DNA of 64,000 nucleotides, taken from the NCBI GenBank assembly GCA_963733255.1, contig CAVTCH010000007.1:84839-148838 (forward strand). The letters run 5' to 3'. Origin of the DNA: an uncultured Actinomycetes bacterium. GTDB taxonomy: Bacteria; Actinomycetota; Thermoleophilia; UBA2241. The translations under genes and the position numbers were made by a program. Shown in pieces: positions 36,504 through 45,357 of this stretch (its first letter is position 1; every line of letters begins with the position of its first letter). The notes under the pieces are model-generated. The model did not search any database. It was not told the DNA's origin and saw only the letters and a program-made list of their open reading frames with translations.

Positions 36504-37247
36504 TCAAGGCCCTGAGACCAGCTTTCCCCCGGTCCAGCCGTCGTCTGTGCCCAGCGAAACGTTGAGGCCGCCGCTCACGCTGGTGGCGATGCCGCTCGCC
36601 TGGTTGTTCTGCCCGCCGCTCACCGCGGCGAACTCGTAGCTTGCGATGTTGTCCGAGCCGCCACTCACGCTTGTCGAGTAGGCGCTCGCCGTGTTGCCCT
36701 CACCGCCGCTGACGCTGGCATACTCGGCGCTCGCCGTGGAATAGGCGCCGCCGCTGACGCTGGCGTAGGGGGCGGTAATAGCGTTGCCGTTGCCGGCTAC
36801 AAAGCCGCCGTAGCTGGGGAAGGCCTGCCAGTCGCCGACGATCAGGTTGTTGGAGCCGCTGCGCTCCGTGGCGGGGCCGCCCGAGAGCGGCGCGTCGTAG
36901 CCCACGATCAGGTTGCCGAGGCCCCACAGGGTGCCGTTGTCATTGGTCGTGCCGGAGCCGCTGACGATGTGCAGGTTGGCGCCCGAGACGATGATGTTCG
37001 GGCCTTTGCAGCCGTTCTGGGCGTACTTGTCGAGCTGCACGTAGGGCGCGAGGGCGAGCACCGACTGCGCCGCCGCCAGGCGCTTGTTCAAGGAGACGAT
37101 CTCCTTGTGCTGCTTGACGGTCACGGTCTTAAGGCTGGCCACCGCCTTGGCGAGGCTGGAAAGCGTCGGCGTCGAGGCCTGCGCCGGGCCGGGCGCGACG
37201 CACCCGGCAAGGGCGGCCAGGCAGGCGAATATCAGCAGTCTTCTCAT
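36504..37247 (-). CDS. lipoprotein with an N-terminal coiled coil and YadA-head/Hep_Hag-like 'SVSGGxxNxAS' repeats
   Basis: ATG 37247 after GGAGGAG. Lipobox 'LAALAGC'. Helical 'LSSLAKAVASLKTVTVKQHKEIVSLNKRLAAAQ'. At least five repeats 'ASVSGGAYSTAS/ASVSGGEGNTAS/TSVSGGSDNIAS/AAVSGGQNNQAS/TSVSGGLNVS'. Confidence 0.7.
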   Translation of the reverse strand: MRRLLIFACLAALAGCVAPGPAQASTPTLSSLAKAVASLKTVTVKQHKEIVSLNKRLAAAQSVLALAPYVQLDKYAQNGCKGPNIIVSGANLHIVSGSGTTNDNGTLWGLGNLIVGYDAPLSGGPATERSGSNNLIVGDWQAFPSYGGFVAGNGNAITAPYASVSGGAYSTASAEYASVSGGEGNTASAYSTSVSGGSDNIASYEFAAVSGGQNNQASGIATSVSGGLNVSLGTDDGWTGGKLVSGP

Positions 37248-37628
37248 CGTCTCCTCCGAAGGTCGCGGGCGCCGGACCACGTTGGATCGAGCGCCCGTAC
37301 GAGAGGGTATCGGCAAGGCGTCGGCGGCGCTTCAGGAGCGGACGGACCGGCAACCGCCGGCTGTTCCCGCCCGGCGAGCCGCCAAGGCGGGACGGTTCCC
37401 GCGGCAGTCGCCTCGTACGCCTGTCTGCGCTACAGTACGCTCAGGCACGTTGCTGCCGCTGACAGGCTTGTTGGGGAGTCTCTACCCGCGTCTGCGCGGT
37501 TACCATCGCCGCGACGGGCCCATCGCCCGCGAAACGCGCCGTCCATCCCCACCCGCGCCGTGCGAGGCGGAGGTGACGGCCACTTCGACGGGCGGCCACA
37601 CGCCGGTCACGAGCCTGAGGAGAGCTGT

Positions 37629-39191
37629 ATGAGCGACCTGGAGCTGCCGTTCCGACTGCCCGAATCGTGCGTCCGCATCACCGGCGCTCGCACCGTCGTG
37701 CACGACGCCGTGCTGGCACGCGACGACGCGTCGGCCACGGCCACCGTCACCCTCGACGTCGTCGGGGATCGCGAACCCCAGCGGTTGCGCATAGCCGAAG
37801 GTCTGCTGACCGACACCGGCGTGGACTTCGAGTGGACCGACGACGGCCGTCTCGTCACGAGCTCGGTCGATCTCGTGGGGCGTGCCGGCACGGTCGCCGT
37901 GGGCGCCGTGAGCACCGCTGCTTCCATCGCGGGCCTCGTGCTGGGCAGCCCCGCCATGGCGCTCTCCTGCGCCGGCGCCACGCCGGCGACGGCGCACAGG
38001 CTGGTGGGCGGTCGCGCCGCGGCGCTCGGTGCATCCGCGGCGGCGCCTGACGGGTCCTCCGCGGCGCCCGACAGCTCCGCGGCGGCGGGCGCTCCGGCGA
38101 TCGGCGACGACGAGGCGCTCGCCCTGCAGGCGGTGGCCGCCGCCTACCGGACGGCCCATCCCAGGGAGAGCGAGGCGCTCGACACGTGCACCGAGCTCGT
38201 GGTCGAGCTCACCCGAGGGCTGGCCGATGCTCTGAAGAAGGTGCCGGCCGCGGCCGACGACAAGGCGCGCGGCGACTCGCTCGGCGCGGTCCGCGCGCTG
38301 GAGGGCGGGCTGGCTACCGCGCGCGCCGAGATCGCGGCGCTCGACGAGCATTTCCGTTCCTGGCGGGCCTCCACCATCGCCACGCGGCTCGAGAACTACG
38401 AGTTCCTGCTCGACCTCGACACGCTCGCCGCCGCTCGTCCGCGGCCCGAGCTGGTCGAAGGCCGCCTGCAGTCGTCGGGCCCGGGCGACGCCGCCAACGT
38501 GGCCGCCATGGCCGCGGTGCAGGCGGCCTTCGATGCGCTCGGCGCGCTCGTCGTGGTCGACGACGACGCCGGCGCCGGGCCAACCGGTCGGCACGGCGTT
38601 CCCCCGGAACGGCCGGCGCTCGACGAGAACGAGATCCTCGTGCGCCTGCCGCGGCGCGTCCGGCTCACCACGTATGGCCTCGACGCCGCCGGTCGGTTCG
38701 TCACGCGGTCGTCGACCACGGCGCTCGTGATGGACGCTCGCTGCGACTACGCCACCGTGACGATCGCCAAGCGCCTCTTCGGCAAGCGCTCCCTGAAGCT
38801 CGGCTTCTCGGCCGGCAGCGCGCTCGAGTCGCTGCGCCTGACGGCCACCTCCGAAGCGGCCGCCGCGGCCGACGCCGCAGGTTCGCTGGCCAACGCCGCC
38901 GGTCTGGGGCTGGAACGCTCCCGCAGGGTCGTCGAACGGGTCGCCGCGCTGCGCAGCGCCGGACTCGACCAGCAGATCTCGGTGCTCACCAGGGAGCTGC
39001 AGCTCAAGCGCCAGGAGATCGCTCAGGCGGGCCTGCTGGCGACCGCCGGCTCTTACGCCGAGCTGGTCTCGCTCGAGCGCCAGGTCGCCCTGCTCACGCA
39101 GCGCAAGACCTTGCTCGGACTCGAGGCGGAGCTGGGGATCGCGGCGCCGTCCGCCGACGGATCGTCCGACGGCGGCGCGGCCGTCTCTTGA
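37629..39191 (+). CDS. hypothetical 520-aa protein, no family assignable by eye (beta-rich N-terminus, low-complexity linker, helical core, C-terminal coiled coil)
   Basis: ATG 37629 after GAGGAGAG. Coding-type third-position GC throughout. No signal peptide or TM segment. The 740-aa track ORF is a 5' extension. Confidence 0.6.
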   Translation: MSDLELPFRLPESCVRITGARTVVHDAVLARDDASATATVTLDVVGDREPQRLRIAEGLLTDTGVDFEWTDDGRLVTSSVDLVGRAGTVAVGAVSTAASIAGLVLGSPAMALSCAGATPATAHRLVGGRAAALGASAAAPDGSSAAPDSSAAAGAPAIGDDEALALQAVAAAYRTAHPRESEALDTCTELVVELTRGLADALKKVPAAADDKARGDSLGAVRALEGGLATARAEIAALDEHFRSWRASTIATRLENYEFLLDLDTLAAARPRPELVEGRLQSSGPGDAANVAAMAAVQAAFDALGALVVVDDDAGAGPTGRHGVPPERPALDENEILVRLPRRVRLTTYGLDAAGRFVTRSSTTALVMDARCDYATVTIAKRLFGKRSLKLGFSAGSALESLRLTATSEAAAAADAAGSLANAAGLGLERSRRVVERVAALRSAGLDQQISVLTRELQLKRQEIAQAGLLATAGSYAELVSLERQVALLTQRKTLLGLEAELGIAAPSADGSSDGGAAVS

Positions 39192-39264
39192 CCGCTCCAC
39201 CGGGCGCTGGTTGACTTTCGCAGGCGTCAGGACAGGCTCACCACTCACAGCAAAGGAGAGCGCC

Positions 39265-40044
39265 ATGCCAGACCCGGTCTACAAGCTGGGCAAGCTTCCC
39301 AAGGCAGAAGACGCACGGACGCTCATGCTGGCCGACTACCTCACGCCGCCAGTGCCGACACCTCCGGCCGCCGTCGACTACGCCTCGGCAGTCGCCGACT
39401 GGGGCATGCTCGGCAACGACACGGTGGGCGACTGCGCGCTGGCCGGGCAGGCTCACGCCGACATGCTCTGGGCCGCCAACGCCGAGCACCGCCGGCTCGG
39501 CATCACGACGTCGATGGTGCTGCGCGCCTACTCGGCGGTCACCGGCTACGACCCGCACGAGGACGGGCCGGGCGGCAACCCCACCGACCGCGGCACGAGC
39601 CTGCTCGACGCCCTCAAGTTCTGGCGCAAGAGCGGCATCGACCGTCAGACGATCAAGGCCTTCGTCGAGGTCAAGCCCTTGAACACCGACAACGTCCGCC
39701 TGGCGATCGATCTCTTCGGCTGCCTCTACGTGGGGGTCGAGCTGCCCGACGTCGTGCTGCCCAAGGCGCCCGGGGCGCTGCCGCCCTGGACCGTCACGCC
39801 CGACGGCAGCCCGCAGAACAAGCCGCAGCCGGCCAACGGCCACTGCGTGATCTATGCGGCATACGATGACGAGGGCCTCACCGTCGTCACCTGGGGCACC
39901 ACGGTCAAGGCGTCGTGGGCGTTCCACGCGGCCTACTGCGACGAGCTCTACGCGATGCTCTCGCCGGCCTGGTCGCGTCACGACCCGCCGGGCATCGACG
40001 TGGCCACCCTGACCCGCGACCTCGCGATCGTGGCGCGACGCTGA
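39265..40044 (+). CDS. putative papain-like (clan CA-like) cysteine peptidase, no signal peptide
   Basis: ATG 39265 after AAAGGAGAG. 'GNDTVGDCALAGQAH' has the N-x5-C spacing of papain Gln19-Cys25. 'NGHCVIYAAYDDEGLTVVTWG' resembles papain 'GHAV...NSWG'. The functional call is motif-based only. Confidence 0.5.
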   Translation: MPDPVYKLGKLPKAEDARTLMLADYLTPPVPTPPAAVDYASAVADWGMLGNDTVGDCALAGQAHADMLWAANAEHRRLGITTSMVLRAYSAVTGYDPHEDGPGGNPTDRGTSLLDALKFWRKSGIDRQTIKAFVEVKPLNTDNVRLAIDLFGCLYVGVELPDVVLPKAPGALPPWTVTPDGSPQNKPQPANGHCVIYAAYDDEGLTVVTWGTTVKASWAFHAAYCDELYAMLSPAWSRHDPPGIDVATLTRDLAIVARR

Positions 40045-40056
40045 AGGAGGAGAGCG

Positions 40057-40674
40057 ATGACCGAACCGCGTGAGATCGCCGAGGGGACCGATGAGGTGCT
40101 CGACGGCCTGTATCACTGGCACATCCACAACGCCAACATCGGCGGTGGCATATCGAGTTCGCACGCCCTGGTCGACGGCGATGTCTGCGTCTTCATCGAT
40201 CCGGTGCGCCTCGCCGCGGAGACGCTCGCGACGCTGCCCGACCCGACCGCCATCGTGCTCACGGCGCGCTGCCATCAGCGCTCGGCCTGGCGCTACCGGC
40301 GCGAGTTCGGCGCCGAGGTCTGGCTGCCCGCCGACGCGAGTGCCGCCGACGAAGAGCCCGATCGCCGCTACAACGAGGGCGACGCTCTGCCGGGCGGTCT
40401 CGTGGCGGTGCGCACCCCGGGGCCGGAGTGGCCGCACTACTCGTTCCTGCGGGCCGCCGCACCGGGCGTCCTGTTCTGCTCCGACCTCGTCTCGCACGAC
40501 GGCGCCGGCGGCGTGACGTTCGTGCCGCCCGCCTACCACGAAGACCCCGCCGAGACCCGGCGCAGCGTCGAGCGGCTCCTCGATCTGCCGTTCGCGGTCG
40601 TCTGCTTCGACCACGGCGCGCCGCTGGTCGACGATCCCAAGGCTGCCCTGCGAAGGCTGCTGGCCACGAGCTGA
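40057..40674 (+). CDS. MBL-fold-like protein with a degenerate metal motif
   Basis: 12 nt after the previous stop. 'CVFIDPV', 'IVLTARCHQRSAWRY' in place of HxHxDH, 'GGLVAVRTPG', 'LFCSDL', 'VCFDHGAP'. It resembles the short actinobacterial MBL-like family. Confidence 0.6.
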   Translation: MTEPREIAEGTDEVLDGLYHWHIHNANIGGGISSSHALVDGDVCVFIDPVRLAAETLATLPDPTAIVLTARCHQRSAWRYRREFGAEVWLPADASAADEEPDRRYNEGDALPGGLVAVRTPGPEWPHYSFLRAAAPGVLFCSDLVSHDGAGGVTFVPPAYHEDPAETRRSVERLLDLPFAVVCFDHGAPLVDDPKAALRRLLATS

Positions 40675-40868
40675 AGGCCGCCCGGCGACGCGTGGTTTTG
40701 CGAACGCGCGACCCGGCGACAACCTCAGAGCGAGCGCACAGACGCAGAGCCGTGGCCGGCAGCGGCCGCACGCCCGGACCGAGAGCGCCGGCCGGGCGCG
40801 CGCCGCGGGGTGGCGGACGCGGCGGACGCGGCGGACCGACCGGAAGGAGACGCGCCGGCGTGCAAGCC

Positions 40869-41869
<1,001 letters not shown>

Positions 41870-41873
<4 letters not shown>

Positions 41874-42721
41874 GCGCGATCCTCCCTGATCCGGCGCTGC
41901 GCGGCGCCATGGGGTTTCGCCCTACGCGCTCGGCGTCGCTCATCGCCTTCCGGGCCCTGCTGCTGCGCGACCTGCGCGTCCTGCGCAAGACGATCGTCGT
42001 GTTTGCCATCCGCACCGTCATGCAGCCGCTGCTGCTGGTCTTCGTGTTCACCTACGTCTTTCCCAAGATCGGCCAGGGCGTGGGCGGCTCGTCGGCTTCC
42101 GAGGCGAACTTCTCGACGCTGCTCATGGCCGGCGTTGTGGGGACCTCGATGATCTTTCAGGGGGTGCAGGCGGTCGCGTTGCCGCTCGTGCAGGAGTTCG
42201 GCTACACGCGCGAGATCGAGGACCGGGTGATGGCGCCGATGCCGGTCTGGGGGGTGGCGGTCGAAAAGATCGCCGCGGGCGCGGTGCAGGCGCTGATCGC
42301 AGGGCTCGTCGTGTTCCCGCTGGCGGCGATCATCCCGGCCACGCCGGTGCATCTGCACGTGCACTGGCTGTTCCTGCTGACGATCGCGCCGATCGGGGCG
42401 GTGCTCTCCGCGGCGCTCGGCCTGACGATGGGCACCCGGGTGAAGCCCCAGCAGGTGCCCCTGCTGTTCGCCATCGTGATCCTGCCGATCACGTTCCTCG
42501 GCGCGGTCTACTACCCCTGGGCCTCGCTGGCGCCGATCCGCTGGCTGCAGATCCTCGTGCTGGTCAATCCCTTGGTCTACATGTGCGAGGGATTTCGCCT
42601 GTCGCTCACGTCGGGGATCGTGCACATGCCGGTGTGGGCGATCTACCTGGGGATGGTCTTCTTCACCGTCGCGCTGTCGTGGGTGGGGATCGACGGGTTC
42701 CGGCGGCGCGTGCTGAGTTAG
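41870..42721 (+). CDS. ABC-2-type transporter permease
   Basis: ATGA overlap with the ATPase stop. Six TM segments. 'LLRDLRVLRKTIVVFAIRTVMQPLLLVFVF'. Confidence 0.85.
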
Positions 42722-42725
42722 GCCT

Positions 42726-43895
42726 TCAAACGGCCTCGCTGTTGCCGCTCAGGCCGGCGCGACCTTCGTCTCGCGCCTGGCTGGGCGCCGTCGGCAGACT
42801 CAGACGGGCCGCCGCGACCGCTGCGACCAGGTCGAGCAGCTCGGCGACGCCGTCGGACGGCGCCTGGGGCAGCGTCGCGATGATCGAGACGCCGCCGCTC
42901 GCCTCGTGGCCGACCAGCACCCGTCCGTCACGCCCATCGCGTCCGTCTCGACCGGCCTGCCGCGCCGGGTCGGCTTGCCGCGACACGCTATCGGGAGCGG
43001 CGGGCTGCGCGGCGCCCGACGACCTGCGCGGCGTCGTGACGACACACGACACCGCCCCCAGAACGTCGCAGACCGCCCGCGCGAGACGCTCGAGCAGCGT
43101 CGCCTCGTCGGGCTCGGCGAGGGCCGCGGCGAGCGGTGCGGCGACGTCGCCCAGGGCCCTGCGCAGACCCGACAGGTCGTCGCGCCCGGAGCGCGAGGCG
43201 ACGTGCAGCATCGCGTTGTGCAAGGCCACCGCGGCCTGGCCGGCGACTGCCTGGCAGAGCCGCAGCTCCTGGCGGGAATAGGAGCGGGCGCGCCGGGCGT
43301 CGCTTGCCTCGAGCAGGCCGATCGCCTCGCCGCGGTAGACCAGCGGCAGCATGAGCAGGCTGCGGTCGCCGCCGGCACGCAGGGTCGCGACCTCGGCGGC
43401 GTCTGCGCGCGGGTCGTCGACGTTCACCACCGCCGGGATGTGCTCTTCGAGCACCTTGCGCGTCAGCGGGTACTGACGCAGGTCGTAGACCTCGGTGTCG
43501 GGCAGCCGCTCGCCGGTGGCGTCGTATTCGGCCAGGGCGTGGACCCGGCCGGCTTCGCGGTCGAGGCTCGACACGGCGCAGAAGTCGCAGTCGAGCAGGT
43601 GCGTCACGCGCCGCGCGATCTCGGCCAGCAGAGGCTGCAGGTCGACCTCGCTCGCCACCGCGACCGAGGTCTCGACGATCGTGTCGAGCTCGCGCTCGCG
43701 AGCGCGGCGGGCGGCGAGCTGGGAGCTGCCGCCGATCGCCCGGGCGAGCTCCTCGATGTCGTCGACGGCGATCCGGCGATGTCCGCCGGCCGTGCGCGTG
43801 CAGGGCAGAAACCCCGTCGCCGTCCAGCGGCGGATGGTGACCGGCGAGACGCCGAGCCGCCGGGCGGCGTGCTGGACACTGAGGAAGGTGCTCAC
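42726..43895 (-). CDS. excisionase/MerR-type HTH + GAF-domain transcriptional regulator
   Basis: 'LSVQHAARRLGVSPVTIRRWTATGFLPCTRTAGGHRRI' followed by GAF-like 'LLMLPLVYRGEAIGLLEA' and a second GAF-like half. Confidence 0.8.
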   Translation of the reverse strand: MSTFLSVQHAARRLGVSPVTIRRWTATGFLPCTRTAGGHRRIAVDDIEELARAIGGSSQLAARRARERELDTIVETSVAVASEVDLQPLLAEIARRVTHLLDCDFCAVSSLDREAGRVHALAEYDATGERLPDTEVYDLRQYPLTRKVLEEHIPAVVNVDDPRADAAEVATLRAGGDRSLLMLPLVYRGEAIGLLEASDARRARSYSRQELRLCQAVAGQAAVALHNAMLHVASRSGRDDLSGLRRALGDVAAPLAAALAEPDEATLLERLARAVCDVLGAVSCVVTTPRRSSGAAQPAAPDSVSRQADPARQAGRDGRDGRDGRVLVGHEASGGVSIIATLPQAPSDGVAELLDLVAAVAAARLSLPTAPSQARDEGRAGLSGNSEAV

Positions 43896-43986
43896 GACGG
43901 CAACCTATCCGGTGTCGCGACCGTGGTCAACTACGAGCAAGTACGACATCGATGCATGAACAAGTTTGAACAAGGACTCCTTCTGT

Positions 43987-44014
43987 AGATTCTCGGCGGA
44001 TGCTGGGAGAATCT
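43987..44014. promoter_or_regulatory. perfect 8-bp inverted repeat (AGATTCTC-N12-GAGAATCT) in the divergent regulator/dehydrogenase intergenic region
   Basis: Read directly from the sequence. It is embedded in a lower-GC 225-nt region that also carries five RARCAAG heptamers (43936, 43958, 43968, 44047, 44070). Confidence 0.35.
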
Positions 44015-44120
44015 CGCCAAGGGGGGCGAACGGCGCCTGTAGCGTCGAGCAAGATTCGGCGACTCCCTTAAACAAGTTCGCGGCAACGTTCCGCGGTGAA
44101 CGGTCGAAAGGGTGATAGGT

Positions 44121-45314
44121 ATGCGCGTTCTGCAACTGGGTGTCGGTTCGGTGGGCGAGGTGTCGGCACGCACCATGGCTCCCGACCCCGACGTGAGCTG
44201 CGTCGTGCTGGCCGACATCGACGAGAAGCGCCTGGCCGAGGTGGCGGCGAAGCTGCCGGCCGGCAAGGTCGAGACGCTGCACCTCGACGCCACCGACAAG
44301 CAGGCGCTGGTCCGGGCGCTGGCCGGCGTCGATCTGTGCTTCAACGCCCTGATCCCGGAGATCAACCTCGACGTCATGGCCGCCTGCCTCGAGACCGACA
44401 CGAACTACCTGGACATGGCCGCGGCCGGACCGCGCGACGTGGTGGGCACGGCCGACGTCGACGAGGAGATCGCCCTCGACGCCGAGTTCAAGAAGAAGGG
44501 CCTGACCGCCCTCGTCTTCTTCGGCATCGACCCGGGTGCGAGCGACGTCTTCGCGCGCGCCCTCTACGACCAGTTCGACACGGTCGAGCGGCTCACGGTG
44601 TTCGACGGCGACAACAGCTCGGCCGACGGCGTCGACTTCGCCCCGAGCTTCTCGCCGACGACCATGGTCGAGGAGTGCCTCATCCTGCCGCCGCACGCCT
44701 TCGAGAACGGCAAGAAGATACGGCGCCAGTCGCTCAGCACTACGCGCGAGTTCGACTTTCCGGCGCCGGTGGGGCGCCTCAAGGTCTGGAACGTCGATCA
44801 CGAAGAGGCTCAGCTCATGCCCCTGTTCCTGAGCGACAAGGGCCTGCGCGACGCCGACTTCTTCATCGCCCTCGACGACCAGTGGGTCAACCTGCTGCTC
44901 ACCTGGCGCAAGCTCGGCTTCGACCACAACAAGGAGATCGAGTTCGAGGGCGCCCGGTTCCGGCCGCTCGACCTGCTCGTCAGTCGGCTGCCGAAGTCGG
45001 TCGACCTGATCGGCCGCATGCACGGCGCGGTCTGCGTGGGCGCGCTGGCCGACGGCACGATCGGCGGCAAGCGCGTGCGCCGTTACATGTATCAGATAAC
45101 CTCACACGACGAGGCCTTCCGCACGATGGGCGTGCAGGGCACGGGCTACCAGACAGGCGTCCCGGCCGCCTGCGGAGCTCTGTTGCTGGCCAAGGGGCTC
45201 TGGGACAAGACGGGCGTGTTCGCGCCCGAGCAGATCGAGCCGGCGCCGTTCCTCGACCTCATGACGGCGCACGGCGCGCCGTGGGGAGTGGTGGACCTGC
45301 CGGTCGAGGCGTAA
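44121..45314 (+). CDS. saccharopine dehydrogenase-family NAD(P)-binding oxidoreductase
   Basis: 'MRVLQLGVGSVGEV' Rossmann motif. Sacchrp_dh-like 'NYLDMA', 'FFGIDPGASDVFA', 'TGYQTGVPAA'. Confidence 0.85.
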   Translation: MRVLQLGVGSVGEVSARTMAPDPDVSCVVLADIDEKRLAEVAAKLPAGKVETLHLDATDKQALVRALAGVDLCFNALIPEINLDVMAACLETDTNYLDMAAAGPRDVVGTADVDEEIALDAEFKKKGLTALVFFGIDPGASDVFARALYDQFDTVERLTVFDGDNSSADGVDFAPSFSPTTMVEECLILPPHAFENGKKIRRQSLSTTREFDFPAPVGRLKVWNVDHEEAQLMPLFLSDKGLRDADFFIALDDQWVNLLLTWRKLGFDHNKEIEFEGARFRPLDLLVSRLPKSVDLIGRMHGAVCVGALADGTIGGKRVRRYMYQITSHDEAFRTMGVQGTGYQTGVPAACGALLLAKGLWDKTGVFAPEQIEPAPFLDLMTAHGAPWGVVDLPVEA

Positions 45315-45357
45315 GCTCGAGCCGTTTTTGCGGCAGATATCCTGGGGGGAGGGTCAC

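Noticed and set aside
36969-37628. The N-terminal 220 residues of the 740-aa ORF 36969..39191.
   Set aside because: This part overlaps the repeat-lipoprotein gene on the opposite strand and its promoter region, and it has a junk-like composition. ATG 37629, with a GAGGAG RBS, starts the coding-like part.
40057-40674. The MBL-like gene as an obligatory third component of a protease system.
   Set aside because: It belongs to a short MBL-like family that occurs in many contexts in high-GC Gram-positives. Apart from the 12-nt spacing, nothing ties it functionally to the two upstream genes. It is kept in the finding only as a neighbour.
43896-44120. A lysine or other amino-acid riboswitch upstream of the saccharopine-dehydrogenase gene.
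   Set aside because: I could not recognise any conserved riboswitch core or multi-stem architecture. The region looks like a protein-operator-type divergent promoter. A covariance-model scan (Rfam) would be needed to exclude a riboswitch formally.
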